Source of the DNA: an uncultured Clostridium sp.
GTDB taxonomy: Bacteria; Bacillota_I; Bacilli_A; RF39; UBA660
Direction: 5' to 3'
DNA length: 47,533 bases
NCBI GenBank assembly: GCA_964475905.1
Contig: CAYYXX010000002.1
Coordinates: 1 to 47,533 of the forward strand
Shown: piece after piece, positions 18,110 through 28,460 of the stretch
How positions within the stretch are numbered: the first letter of the stretch is position 1
Layout: the number at the start of each line of letters is the position of its first letter
Notes under the pieces: model-generated
Told to the model about the DNA's origin: nothing
What the model saw: the letters and a program-made list of their open reading frames with translations, nothing else
Databases searched by the model: none
Program-made: the position numbers and the translations under genes

Positions 18110-19321
18110 TTAGTTTATTTTTATTAAGTAATATTTTTTCTTTCCTTTTCTGATGATATAGTTTTTTCTTGAGTTATCTAGTAGATGATTTTCATCATTT
18201 ATTACTTCGCCATTTAGTGTTATAGCATTATTAGATAGGAATTCTCTTGCTTCTCTTTTGGATACTGCTATATGGTTATTTACTATGATGTTTAGAATGG
18301 TATCTTCTTTTGAATTAATAGGAGTTATTCCTTTAAATATAGTTTCTATTTCTTTGTCGGTTAGTTCTTTTATGTTACCAGTAAATAGGCTATTTGATAG
18401 TTTTATTGCTTCTTCTAGTTCTTCTTGTCCATGTAAGAATTTTACTACTTCTTCTGCTAATGCTTTTTGAGCTAGTCTTTTTTCTGGTTCTGTTTTTGTT
18501 TTTTCTTCTAGTTTATCTATTTCTTCGTGTGATAGGAAAGTAAATACTTTTAGGTATTCTATTACTTTTGAATCATCAGTATTTATTAGATATTGGTATA
18601 TTTCATATGGGGATGTTTTGTTTTTGTCTATCCATAGTGCGTTTCCTTCACTTTTTCCAAATTTATTTCCAAATTTATCTAGTATTAATGGCATGGTAAA
18701 TCCGTATACTTCTTTACCTGTTTTTTTTCTTATTAGATCTATTCCAGAGGTTATATTTCCCCATTGATCTGAACCTGCTACTTGAAGCGTACAGTTATAT
18801 GTTTTGTTTAGGTGTAAATAGTCTAAACTTTGTAATATCATGTATGACATTTCACAGTAGGTTATACCGCTTTCTAGTCTTCTTCTTACGATATCTTTGT
18901 TTATCATGTAGTTTACATTGAAGTGTTTTCCGTAATCTCTTAGGAAGTCTACTACTGAGATATCTTTTATCCAATCATAGTTATTTACTACTTTAAAACC
19001 GAATAGTTTTGTTACTTGATTTTCTAGTGCTTTGGCATTTTTAAATAGTTCATCTTTTACTATGGTATCTCTTTCTTCTGTTGGCCTAGGGTCTCCTATT
19101 AGGCCTGTACCGCCTCCTACTAATAGAATTGGATTATGGCCATAGTCTTTTAGTCTCTTACTTATTAAAAAGCTTGATAGGTGTCCTAGATGTAGTGAAT
19201 CTGCTGTTGGATCTGTTCCTATATAGAAAGTTAATTTTTCATTGTTAAGCTTATTTATTAATTCTGGACTTGAAAAATCTTTTATTAGTCCTCTCCATAC
19301 TAAATCGTCATATAATTTCAT
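18110..19321 (-). CDS. tyrS: Tyrosine--tRNA ligase
   Basis: HIGH-type DSLHLGHL, KMSKS-type KFGKS, and a C-terminal S4-like domain. The start is Met14 (ATG 19321), preceded by AAGGAGAGG. Confidence 0.95.
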   Translation of the reverse strand: MKLYDDLVWRGLIKDFSSPELINKLNNEKLTFYIGTDPTADSLHLGHLSSFLISKRLKDYGHNPILLVGGGTGLIGDPRPTEERDTIVKDELFKNAKALENQVTKLFGFKVVNNYDWIKDISVVDFLRDYGKHFNVNYMINKDIVRRRLESGITYCEMSYMILQSLDYLHLNKTYNCTLQVAGSDQWGNITSGIDLIRKKTGKEVYGFTMPLILDKFGNKFGKSEGNALWIDKNKTSPYEIYQYLINTDDSKVIEYLKVFTFLSHEEIDKLEEKTKTEPEKRLAQKALAEEVVKFLHGQEELEEAIKLSNSLFTGNIKELTDKEIETIFKGITPINSKEDTILNIIVNNHIAVSKREAREFLSNNAITLNGEVINDENHLLDNSRKNYIIRKGKKKYYLIKIN

Positions 19322-19343
19322 TTTTATCCTCTCCTTTATATAT

Positions 19344-19566
19344 AAAAAAGATGATACCAAAAGGACGAAATTACTCGTGGTACCACCTTTATTTACAATA
19401 ATTATTTTATTATTTATTGTCTTATTTATGATAACGGTATTAACCGATTAAACTCTAAATATTGTAATTCATTATTTCTATATCTGTTAATTTCCACCAT
19501 ACATTAACTCTCTATTTGATATTATTAGAAATAATTACTTGATATTTGTCGTTGTTTAATAAATAT
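19344..19566 (-). promoter_or_regulatory. T-box riboswitch leader, Tyr specifier (UAC)
   Basis: All on the - strand. AGAGAG box. Candidate specifier GAAUUACA, with UAC at 19466-19464 followed by A. T-box sequence AAAGGTGGTACCACGAG (19390-19374). Terminator stem GGTGGTACCA / TGGTATCATC (two G-U pairs) followed by T6. Confidence 0.85.
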
Positions 19567-19572
19567 GAATAA

Positions 19573-19601
19573 ATTGTAGTATATTTTATTATGTTTGTCA
19601 A
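19573..19601 (-). promoter_or_regulatory. Sigma-A promoter of the tyrS T-box leader
   Basis: On the - strand: TTGACA, 17-nt spacer, TACAAT. Confidence 0.6.
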
Positions 19602-19671
19602 TAATAATTGATTAAAATTTATTGATTTTTTTAATTATTAGTATATAATTTTAGTAGAGGAGGGTGAAAAA

Positions 19672-20082
19672 ATGAATAAAGTTAATTATCCGGTTGTTTA
19701 TACTGTTAAGCCTATTGCTTCTTTAAATTGGAGAAATTATGGTAGAGTAATTGGATATGCGGTAGTAGAGTCTTATTTGATATCTGAAATTAAGAGGTAT
19801 GATGTAGATGGTAATTATGAGTATTTGTATGAGGTTGTTTATTCTTGGAATGAGTATGAAATGAATAATGTTATTCCTCAGTTTAATAGGAGTACTGCGA
19901 GTGATAGTGTTTATACTAAGAATATTTTTAAATATTTAGAATCTGCTCAAAAGTATAGGGAAATTTGTAATAATAGTTATATTAATGATAATGGAGTTGA
20001 GGCTAAGAATAATATTGATTATGTTTTGGATATGGAAAATAAGCATTTGTCTAAGCATAAGGTTAAAAGTAAGTTAATTTAA
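19672..20082 (+). CDS. Hypothetical protein
   Basis: 136 aa with SD GAGGAGGGTGA upstream. No family recognised. Confidence 0.55.
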   Translation: MNKVNYPVVYTVKPIASLNWRNYGRVIGYAVVESYLISEIKRYDVDGNYEYLYEVVYSWNEYEMNNVIPQFNRSTASDSVYTKNIFKYLESAQKYREICNNSYINDNGVEAKNNIDYVLDMENKHLSKHKVKSKLI

Positions 20083-20135
20083 TTTACTTTTTTATTTTTT
20101 TATTATATAATAATTAAGGAAATGAGGGATATTTG

Positions 20136-21194
20136 ATGATAGATAGACTTGAAGCTACATTAAATAGATATAATGAAATTGGTGAAGAACTTGCTAATCC
20201 TGATATTGTATCTGATATTAAAAAGATGACTATTCTTTCTAAGGAAAGAACGGAGTTAGAAAAGATTGTAGATGTATATAAAGATTATAAGAAAGTTTTA
20301 TCTGATATTGAAGAGGCTAAAGAATTATTAGAGGATAAAGATATGGCTGTTTTTGCTAAGGAAGAACTTACAAAGAGTGAGGGTATTAGGGATGAGTTAG
20401 AGAAGAGTCTTGAGCTTCTTCTTATACCGCATGATCCTAATGATGATAAGAATGTTATTGTGGAGATTAGGGGAGCTGCTGGTGGTGATGAGGCTAATAT
20501 TTTTGCTGGTGATTTGTTTGATATGTATTCTAGATTTGCTTCTCGTGAGGGATGGAAAATAGAAATTCTTAATAGTGTTGAGGGGACTGCTGGTGGGTTT
20601 GCTCAAATTGAATTTATGGTTAAGGGTGATAGCGTTTATTCTAAACTTAAGTATGAGAGTGGTGCTCATAGGGTACAGAGGGTTCCTGCTACTGAGAGTC
20701 AGGGTAGGGTTCATACTAGTACTGCTACTGTGCTTGTTATGCCTGAGGCTCCGGAGTTTGAATTTGAGCTTGATGAGTCTGAGGTAAGGATTGATATTAC
20801 TAGAAGTAGTGGTTGTGGTGGTCAGGGTGTTAATACTACTGATAGTGCAGTTAGACTTACGCATATTCCTACTGGTATTATTGTTTATTCTCAGACGGAA
20901 AGAAGTCAAATTAAAAATAAGGAGCTTGCGTTTAAGATACTTAGAACTAGGCTTTATGATATGAAACTTCGAGAGCAAGAGGAGAAAGAAGCTCAAGAGA
21001 GAAAGGTTAAGATTGGTACTGGGGATAGGAGTGAAAAGATTAGGACTTATAATTATCCGCAAAATAGAATTACTGATCATAGAATTGGTTATACTTCAAT
21101 GAATTTAGATAGGGTTATGGATGGTGATCTTAATGATTTGATTGAAGCTTTGATTAATGAGGATCAGAGAAAGAAGCTTGAAGAGAATGGTTAA
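20136..21194 (+). CDS. prfA: Peptide chain release factor 1
   Basis: The PAT tripeptide ([17 protein letters not shown]) identifies RF1. GGQ motif [16 protein letters not shown]. Confidence 0.95.
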   Translation: MIDRLEATLNRYNEIGEELANPDIVSDIKKMTILSKERTELEKIVDVYKDYKKVLSDIEEAKELLEDKDMAVFAKEELTKSEGIRDELEKSLELLLIPHDPNDDKNVIVEIRGAAGGDEANIFAGDLFDMYSRFASREGWKIEILNSVEGTAGGFAQIEFMVKGDSVYSKLKYESGAHRVQRVPATESQGRVHTSTATVLVMPEAPEFEFELDESEVRIDITRSSGCGGQGVNTTDSAVRLTHIPTGIIVYSQTERSQIKNKELAFKILRTRLYDMKLREQEEKEAQERKVKIGTGDRSEKIRTYNYPQNRITDHRIGYTSMNLDRVMDGDLNDLIEALINEDQRKKLEENG

Positions 21195-21972
21195 TGTTTC
21201 TTTGATAAAAAAAGAATTAGAAGAGCGTGGTCTTGATTCTAATTCTTTTGATTATTTGTATAGGTATCTTTTGGAAAATGATTTAATGGATAAGCTTGAT
21301 TGTTATACAAAGAGACTTCTTGATGGTGAGGCTGTTCAGTATATTATTGGGAATGTTTGTTTTTATGGTAATATTATTAATGTTAATAGGAATACTTTAA
21401 TTCCTCGATTTGAGACTGAATTACTTGTTGAGAAGACTTGTAATTATATTAATAAGTATTTTGATCATGAGATATCTATTTTGGATATTGGTACTGGTAG
21501 TGGATGTATTGCTATTACTTTAGATAAACTTCTTAATTGTAATGTTGTTGGTGTTGATATATCTAGTGAGGCTTTGGAAGTGGCTAAATATAATAATGTG
21601 ATTAATAATACTGATGTTGATTTTTATGTTAGTGATGTTTTTTCTAATGTTAAGGGGAAGTTTGATGTTATTATTAGTAATCCTCCTTATATTAGTTATG
21701 ATGAGGATATTATGGAAGTTGTGTATGATAATGAACCTCATTTAGCTTTATTTGCGGATGATAATGGTTTATATTTTTATGATAAGATTATTAGTAGCTG
21801 TAAGGATTATTTAAGTGATAAGTTTCTTATTGCTTTTGAGATTGGTTATAAAGAGGGGAATGATATTATTAGTATTGTTAATAGGTATTTTGATAATGTT
21901 AACATTTCTTTAGAAAAGGATTATAGTGGTAGAGATAGATTTATTTTTATTGATAATTTTATAGTAAAATAG
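21187..21972 (+). CDS. prmC: Release factor glutamine N5-methyltransferase
   Basis: SAM-binding site [12 protein letters not shown] and the NPPY motif (IISNPPYI). The start is taken at Met11, overlapping the prfA stop by 8 nt. Confidence 0.9.
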   Translation: MVNVSLIKKELEERGLDSNSFDYLYRYLLENDLMDKLDCYTKRLLDGEAVQYIIGNVCFYGNIINVNRNTLIPRFETELLVEKTCNYINKYFDHEISILDIGTGSGCIAITLDKLLNCNVVGVDISSEALEVAKYNNVINNTDVDFYVSDVFSNVKGKFDVIISNPPYISYDEDIMEVVYDNEPHLALFADDNGLYFYDKIISSCKDYLSDKFLIAFEIGYKEGNDIISIVNRYFDNVNISLEKDYSGRDRFIFIDNFIVK

Positions 21973-21997
21973 CTTCATTGTGATGTGAAGCTATTTT
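21970..21997. terminator. Bidirectional terminator hairpin (prmC / frameshifted gene)
   Basis: Stem TAGCTTCA / TGAAGCTA with an 8-nt loop. Both convergent stop codons lie inside the stem. Confidence 0.6.
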
Positions 21998-23182
21998 GTA
22001 TGTAAATATTTTCTTTTAGCTATATTAAATTTTTTATCTATTTTAAGATTCATTGTTTCGTTTATTACAGTGGGATTATTGGACATAAATATTTTTCTTA
22101 GTAGTTTTTCTCTGGTTAATTCATCTAAATTTTCTCCACTATTTGCAAGTATACTGAAGCAAGTGAATTCATCATGATTTTCTATTATAATGTTTGCTAA
22201 TTCGCTTTCTTTTATCCATTCTAAGTGATAGCTAATTAAATAACTTAGAATTATTGGATTATTTAGTTTTATAATTATGTTTTTAAATTTAGTTATTTCA
22301 TTTGCATCTTCTAATTTTAATATGGATAATATTTCACAAATATTGCAAATCATATCTGTATCTTGATCTTCAAATCTTTTATCTTGTGGTAAAGCTATTT
22401 GACTACATAGATATTCATAGATGGTATTTTTGTTTATATTGAAAACTTTATTTATTTTATATTTTTCTAGGGCATTATTTAATAGATTAATTTTATCATC
22501 TAAATTTTTTGGTTTATCATAAAAGGCTAGGTAATTATAGTAATCATTATATAGTTCTACTATTAATATATATTTTAATGTATTAAGTATATTTTTAATA
22601 CTGTGTTCTTTTTTTAATGTATTTATTATATATTCATTGAATTCTTTATATTGATCATTTTTTAAATCACTTTTATATATGAAATCTTTTGGGTATGGGT
22701 ATGAGATACATAAATTTATATTTGTGTTTTTTTTATAGTTTATTGGTACTTCTTTTAGATTGGTGTATGTTGGATATATTGGATAAATTATTTTTTGTTT
22801 AATTAGACTATTTAGTTCTTCTTTGGAATAGTATTTTAATTTGTTTGCTTTATTATAAAAGTCTTCTGTTGTTGCGAATTTGATATTTAATCTATCGAAT
22901 CTAAATGGTATTTTCTCCCAACCACCAGCGGGTATATATATTTACTTCATCTGTTTGTATTGTTATGGTATGAGTGTAGTTGGTGTTAACTTTATTATTT
23001 ATATAGTTTAGAAAGTCATTATCTTTTAATTCGATATATTCAATTTCTTCTAGTTGCCATAATAAGTTATAATAGGCTTCTTTGTCATTTAAGTTTTCTA
23101 AGAAATTTTTGAAGTTATTTTCGAATGAGCTATTATCAAAATCTAGATCGTTATTTGGAAATTCTTTTTTTATTATTTGCAT
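21991..23182 (-). pseudogene. Frameshifted gene of unknown function (about 397 codons if the two frames are joined)
   Basis: The track gives two pieces, 22901-23182 (93 aa) and 21991-22353 (120 aa). I checked triplets by hand. The frame of the downstream piece is open all the way up to 22941 (317 codons) but has no ATG, GTG or TTG in its first 196 codons. It overlaps the end of the upstream ORF at a TATATATAT tract (22933-22941). Removing 1 nt or adding one TA unit fuses the two frames. Confidence 0.7.
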
Positions 23183-23214
23183 GTTATTTCTCTCCCTTTT
23201 ATGAGTTGTGTTTT

Positions 23215-23243
23215 ATGATAGTATATGTGTTGGTATTTGTCAA
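23215..23243 (-). promoter_or_regulatory. Sigma-A promoter of the frameshifted gene
   Basis: On the - strand: TTGACA, 17-nt spacer, TATCAT. Confidence 0.5.
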
Positions 23244-23256
23244 TTTAATATAATAA

Positions 23257-23287
23257 AAGAATTAGAGTAGTTATTCTTCTAATTCTT
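23257..23287 (-). terminator. Terminator hairpin at the 3' end of the PBP gene
   Basis: 10-bp stem AAGAATTAGA / TCTAATTCTT with an 11-nt loop. It overlaps the last PBP codons and is followed by a U-rich tract on the - strand. Confidence 0.5.
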
Positions 23288-25235
23288 CTTTGAATACGGC
23301 ATCTAAGTCTCTGATATTTGTATTTTTAGTGGGTTCTGTTCCTTTTATGTAAAAGAACATTTCTTTTTTGGTATCTGTTTGTTCGGCAATTTGGCCTGTT
23401 ATGGGGTTTACTAGGACTCCTACTACATTTGAGGGGATATCATACCATGCTGTTTCTTTATCTTTGAAGTATGATTCCATGGTATCTATCCAGATGTTTT
23501 TGTGATATGAGTAGTCTTTTGATTCGATTTTATTGTTATTATCATAACCATTCCATATTCCTAGGACGGCGTCTTTATTATATCCTATTATTAATAGATC
23601 TGTATCTGTTGTTCCTGATTTTATGCTGTATTTATGGGTTATGCTTGGTAGTAGGGATATTAGGGTTGGGTAGTTATAGTCTATGAAGTTTTTGTTATAT
23701 GTGTATGTTAGCATTTCGTTTAATATAAAGGTAAGACTTTGATTTAAGATTAGTTCTTTTTCTTCTTTATTTTCGTATAAAGTGTTGCCTTTGGCATCTA
23801 CTATTTTTTTTATGAAGTGTGGTTCTATTTTATATCCTAAATTGGCAAAGGTTGAGTAGCTTGTTGTCATTTCTAATAGGCTTATTTCTTCTGTTCCTAG
23901 GGCTAGTGATGGTATTTCGGTTAAATTGCTTGTTATACCTAGTCTTTGGGCGGTGTTTACTAGCATATTTTCTCCTAAGAATAGGTGTGTTTTTACGGCG
24001 TAGATGTTGTCTGAATATGATATGGCAGTGGCCATTGATATGGGACTATTGGCATATGTATTGTTATAGTTATTTGGGCTGTATGTTTTATCACCTGCAA
24101 ATGTAAAGGTTGTTTTTTCACTGGTAAATGATGATGAAGCGGTAAAGCCACTTTCTAGGGCGGTATAGTATAGTAGTGGTTTCATGGTTGAACCTACTTG
24201 TCTTTTAGCTTTTACTGCTCTGTTGTATTGACTTTTGCTATAGTCATTTCCTCCTAGCATAGCTAGTATTCCTCCGGTGTTTGGGTTCATCATGATAGCG
24301 GCAGTTTCTACTTTGGTTTCATCATTTATGTAGCTGTATACGGCTTTTTCTAAGTCTTCTTGTGCTTTGATGTCTAGTGTTGTATATATTTTTAGACCTC
24401 CAGTTTTAGTTATTTCTTCTGGTATGTTTGTTAATGTTTTTATTTCTTCTAGTACGGAGTCTTTGAAGTAGTTGATGTTTGTTATATTGTTTTTTTCTTT
24501 TTTTCCTATAATGGTTACATCTGTGTTTAGTGCTATACTGTATTCTTCGTTTGTTATTTTGTTATTTTCTTTCATTAGTTTTAATACTATTTTTTGTCTT
24601 TCTTTAGCTTTATTGTAGTTTTTTACTGGGGAGTAGTTATTTGGGGATTTGGGTATTCCTGCTAGCATAGTGGCTTCTTCGAGGGTTAAGTCTTTAGCGG
24701 ATTTGTTGTAATAGTAGTTGGAGGCTGATTCTATTCCGTATACACCGCCATAGTTTATGGTGTTTAGGTAGCCTTCTAATATTTCATCTTTTGTGTAATG
24801 GACTTCTAATTCGGTTGCTAATATAGCTTCATCTATTTTTCTTTTCCATGTTTTTTCAAAATTTAGGAATAGGTTTCGAGCGTATTGTTGTGATATGGTT
24901 GAGGCTCCTTCACTTTTATCTCCTTTTATGATATTGTTTATTAGGGCTTTTCCTATTCTTAAATAGTCGAAGCCTATGTGTTTATAGAAGTGCTTGTCTT
25001 CGGTTGATAGGGTTGCTTCTATTAGATAGGGGCTTATATCTTTTAGTGATATCCATTCTTTATCGTTTCCTTCTATTAGGTTGTTATTTATATCGTATAG
25101 GTATAGTGATTGTGATTTGTTTATTTCTAATTTGGGTGTTATTATGGCGTATGTGAATGTTATTATATGTACTAATATAAATAGTATTATTGGTGATACT
25201 ATTATTGTTATTATTTTTTTTCTTTTTTTCTTCAT
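23271..25235 (-). CDS. Class A penicillin-binding protein (glycosyltransferase + transpeptidase)
   Basis: N-terminal TM helix, GT51 motif EDKHFYKHIGFD, and transpeptidase motifs STMKP and KSGTT. Confidence 0.9.
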   Translation of the reverse strand: MKKKRKKIITIIVSPIILFILVHIITFTYAIITPKLEINKSQSLYLYDINNNLIEGNDKEWISLKDISPYLIEATLSTEDKHFYKHIGFDYLRIGKALINNIIKGDKSEGASTISQQYARNLFLNFEKTWKRKIDEAILATELEVHYTKDEILEGYLNTINYGGVYGIESASNYYYNKSAKDLTLEEATMLAGIPKSPNNYSPVKNYNKAKERQKIVLKLMKENNKITNEEYSIALNTDVTIIGKKEKNNITNINYFKDSVLEEIKTLTNIPEEITKTGGLKIYTTLDIKAQEDLEKAVYSYINDETKVETAAIMMNPNTGGILAMLGGNDYSKSQYNRAVKAKRQVGSTMKPLLYYTALESGFTASSSFTSEKTTFTFAGDKTYSPNNYNNTYANSPISMATAISYSDNIYAVKTHLFLGENMLVNTAQRLGITSNLTEIPSLALGTEEISLLEMTTSYSTFANLGYKIEPHFIKKIVDAKGNTLYENKEEKELILNQSLTFILNEMLTYTYNKNFIDYNYPTLISLLPSITHKYSIKSGTTDTDLLIIGYNKDAVLGIWNGYDNNNKIESKDYSYHKNIWIDTMESYFKDKETAWYDIPSNVVGVLVNPITGQIAEQTDTKKEMFFYIKGTEPTKNTNIRDLDAVFKEELEE

Positions 25236-25358
25236 TTATATCCCTCATTTTTTTAAATTTTATTTGTCATTTATTATTATGTTAAAAAATGTTTAAAATA
25301 TGTTGTATTTTTTGTAAAGATATGATATGATTTCAAATGAAATGTTGGAGGAGATATT

Positions 25359-25724
25359 ATTAGAGTTTGTGTTAATGGTTATTTAAAGAATAATACGGAT
25401 AATGAGATTACTTCTTTTAATGGAAAAGGTATTAAGAATAAGGGAAAATTGTCTTTTGTATTTGATAATGTTAAGTATTCTGTTAAGATTAATGATAATA
25501 GTATTACTTTAGTTCGAGATGGTGATGATTTTGTTAATTCTTTCTTTTTTGGTAGAGAAAGAGGGCAGAGTAATTATTATCTTAAGGAACATGAGTATTC
25601 TGTTGATATGGAGATTGATGTTAAATTGCTTGATATTAATGATAATGGTATATGTATTAAGTATGTTATTGTTGATACGGGTTGTGAATATGAGTTTGTG
25701 ATTGAAATGGGTGATGTTTTATGA
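25359..25724 (+). CDS. DUF1934 (YwiB-like) protein; start codon uncertain, possibly ATT
   Basis: The track ORF starts at TTG 25449 (91 aa). The frame is open from 25341, and the upstream residues IRVCVNGYLKNNTDNEITSFNGKGIKNKGK look like the family N-terminus. GGAGGAG (25347-25353) precedes in-frame ATT codons at 25356 and 25359. The gene sits immediately upstream of argS, as ywiB does in Bacillus. Confidence 0.55.
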   Translation: MRVCVNGYLKNNTDNEITSFNGKGIKNKGKLSFVFDNVKYSVKINDNSITLVRDGDDFVNSFFFGRERGQSNYYLKEHEYSVDMEIDVKLLDINDNGICIKYVIVDTGCEYEFVIEMGDVL

Positions 25725-27328
25725 GTATTAAGAATAAACTGCAGTGTATTATTAAGGAGTCTTTGCCTACTACTATTGATGTAGAGAATATTGTTATTGA
25801 GATTCCTAAGGATAAAAAAAATGGGGATTATTCTTCTAATGTGGCTTTTTTGCTTGCTAGGGAATTGAAGAGTAGTCCTATGTCTATTGCTAATGATATT
25901 AAGGATAAAATTAGTGATGAAATGATTAGTAGAGTAGAGGTTGCTAGTCCGGGGTTTATTAATTTTTTTATTGATAGGGAGTATTTACTTAATAATATTA
26001 ATGTTATTAATAGAATGGGTAAGAATTATGGTAAAAGTGATTATGGTAAGCTAGAGAAAATTAATATTGAGTATGTGTCGGCGAATCCTACGGGTACTTT
26101 ACATATTGGACATGGTAGAGGGGCTGTTTATGGGGATACTTTGGCTAATATTATGACTTATGCTGGTTATGATGTTACTAGAGAATATTATATTAATGAT
26201 GCTGGTAATCAGATGTATAATTTGGGTGTTTCTATTAAAGAGAGGTATAAGGAAAGATGTGGTCTTGAGGCTATGATTCCTGAGAATGGTTATCATGGTA
26301 AGGAGATTATTAGTCTTGCGGATTATTTATATAATGAATATGGTGATAGTAAGGTTGAGGCTGATGTTGAATTTTTTAGAAGTGCTGGATTAGAGATTTT
26401 ACTTAATGGTATTAAGAAAGATTTGGATTGTTTTAGAGTTAATTTTGATGTGTTTACTAGTGAACAATCTTTGTATGATAGAGGGTTTGTTGATGATACT
26501 TTGAATAAACTTAAGAATAGTGGTAAATGCTATATTAGTGAGGGGGCTTTGTGGCTTAGAACTACTGATTTGTATGATGAGAAGGATAGGGTTCTTATTA
26601 AGAGTGATGGTAATTATACTTATTTACTTCCTGATATTGCTTATCATAGTGATAAATTTAATAGGGGATTTGATAGGATTATTGATGTTTTAGGTTCTGA
26701 TCATCATGGGTATATTAATAGACTTAGATCTTCGATTGATATTGTTGGATATGATTCTGATAAGATAGATATTAAGATTCTTCAGATGGTAAGACTTCTA
26801 AGAAATGGAGAAGAGGTTAAACTTAGTAAAAGGACAGGTAAGACAATTACTTTGAATGAGCTTATTGATGATGTTGGTGTTAATGCTGCTAGATATTTTT
26901 TTGCTTCAAAAAGTTTAGATACACAGATGGATTTTGATCTTGATTTGGCTGTTCGGAATAGTAATGATAATCCTATATTTTATATTGAGTATGCTAATGC
27001 TAGGATTTGTTCTATTCTTAGGGGGAGAGATGTTTGTGATGATTTGAAATTTGGTACTATAGATAATGATAGTGCATATACTATTTTGAGTAAGTTATTG
27101 GAGTTTGAGGATGTTATTATTAGTGCAGCGAAGAATGGTATGCCGCATGTTGTTACTAATTATTTATATGAACTTGCTAGCTTATTTCATAGTTATTATT
27201 CAGTAGAAAAGGTTATTACTGATGATGATGTTTATACTAAAGAGAGAATTGCTTTTGTTAATGCTATTAGGATTGTTATTAATAATGCTTCTAATATGCT
27301 TGGATTAATTCTTAGAGAGGAAATGTAG
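25721..27328 (+). CDS. argS: Arginine--tRNA ligase
   Basis: 535 aa. HIGH-type SANPTGTLHIGHGRG and the class I anticodon-binding C-terminus. It overlaps the upstream stop by 4 nt. Confidence 0.95.
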   Translation: MSIKNKLQCIIKESLPTTIDVENIVIEIPKDKKNGDYSSNVAFLLARELKSSPMSIANDIKDKISDEMISRVEVASPGFINFFIDREYLLNNINVINRMGKNYGKSDYGKLEKINIEYVSANPTGTLHIGHGRGAVYGDTLANIMTYAGYDVTREYYINDAGNQMYNLGVSIKERYKERCGLEAMIPENGYHGKEIISLADYLYNEYGDSKVEADVEFFRSAGLEILLNGIKKDLDCFRVNFDVFTSEQSLYDRGFVDDTLNKLKNSGKCYISEGALWLRTTDLYDEKDRVLIKSDGNYTYLLPDIAYHSDKFNRGFDRIIDVLGSDHHGYINRLRSSIDIVGYDSDKIDIKILQMVRLLRNGEEVKLSKRTGKTITLNELIDDVGVNAARYFFASKSLDTQMDFDLDLAVRNSNDNPIFYIEYANARICSILRGRDVCDDLKFGTIDNDSAYTILSKLLEFEDVIISAAKNGMPHVVTNYLYELASLFHSYYSVEKVITDDDVYTKERIAFVNAIRIVINNASNMLGLILREEM

Positions 27329-27339
27329 GAGGGAAGATT

Positions 27340-27777
27340 ATGCTTAGTAAAATGAGTAAAGAAAGTTTGGAGATGTTATCTTATGCTAAGATTGCAGAAC
27401 TTTATTTAAAAGAGAATAAGAAGTCTATGAATACTGCTGATTTGTTTAGGGAGGTATGTAGATTATTGGAAATGTCTGATTCTGATTATCAGGAGAGGAT
27501 TGGAGATTTTTTTGAATCTCTTACTACTTCTAAGGAGTTTATTTTGCTTAGTGATGGTAATTGGGATTTGAAGGTTAATCATTCTGTTAAGATTGATATT
27601 GATGATATTTATGAGGAAGTTGATACTGAAGAAGAGAGTACTGATGATGATAATGATATAAGTGAAGAGGATAATTATGATGATGATTATACTGATAATG
27701 GGAATGATGATTTGCTAGATGATGATTATGCTGATTTGAGTATTGTTGATGATGAAGAACTTGATGATGCTGATTAG
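27340..27777 (+). CDS. rpoE: DNA-directed RNA polymerase delta subunit
   Basis: HARE-HTH-like N-terminal domain (LSYAKIAELYLKENKKSMNTADLFREV...) plus a long D/E-rich C-terminal tail. Confidence 0.85.
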   Translation: MLSKMSKESLEMLSYAKIAELYLKENKKSMNTADLFREVCRLLEMSDSDYQERIGDFFESLTTSKEFILLSDGNWDLKVNHSVKIDIDDIYEEVDTEEESTDDDNDISEEDNYDDDYTDNGNDDLLDDDYADLSIVDDEELDDAD

Positions 27778-27797
27778 TTCTTTTTGGGGGATTTTGT

Positions 27798-28409
27798 ATG
27801 AATTATTATAGGGATTCGTATGATAAGCTTATTTGTGAACTTGATTTATTGGAAGATAATAAGAAAGATATATTAGAGGAATATAGAGAATTATCTACTG
27901 AATATAGGGATATTACTAATAGGTATAATGATGAGATAAGGACTACTTTGGATGTTATGGATAATTGTAGGTATAAGTTTTGCTTGTTGTTTAATATTTT
28001 TGGTGGTATTGTTTTTTTAGAGTTGGTTTTTATTATATTGGGGATGTATTTTTCTTTTCTTTCTTTGAATAGTATTCAGTCTTTTTTAGCTATTATTGGT
28101 AGTTTTGGTATTCCTTTTAGTGCTTTAATTCCTATTATTAAGAAGTATATTGGTAAGAGGAATTATTTACTGAGTGAAAAGAGGGTAGTAGAGGATAAGT
28201 ATCTTAATGATATAGAAGTTATTAGGGATAGGTTACTTGTTTTATCTAATGAACTTAATGGGTTGAATGTTAATATTTCTTGTAAGAGGAAAGTTATTGA
28301 TTCTGTTATTAGGGAATGTGGAGAACTTTATTTAGGAATATTTGATAATACTGAAGAAGAGGATAGGGTTTATACTAAAAAGAGGGTTATTAGTGATTCT
28401 TTGAACTAG
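27798..28409 (+). CDS. Hypothetical membrane protein (coiled coil, 2 TM helices, coiled coil)
   Basis: 203 aa with central hydrophobic segments FCLLFNIFGGIVFLELVFIILGMYF and FLAIIGSFGIPFSALIPII. No family recognised. Confidence 0.55.
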   Translation: MNYYRDSYDKLICELDLLEDNKKDILEEYRELSTEYRDITNRYNDEIRTTLDVMDNCRYKFCLLFNIFGGIVFLELVFIILGMYFSFLSLNSIQSFLAIIGSFGIPFSALIPIIKKYIGKRNYLLSEKRVVEDKYLNDIEVIRDRLLVLSNELNGLNVNISCKRKVIDSVIRECGELYLGIFDNTEEEDRVYTKKRVISDSLN

Positions 28410-28460
28410 GTTGATACTGGTTCTTTTTTTTCTTTTGTTTCATATTATTAGTAGGAGGTT

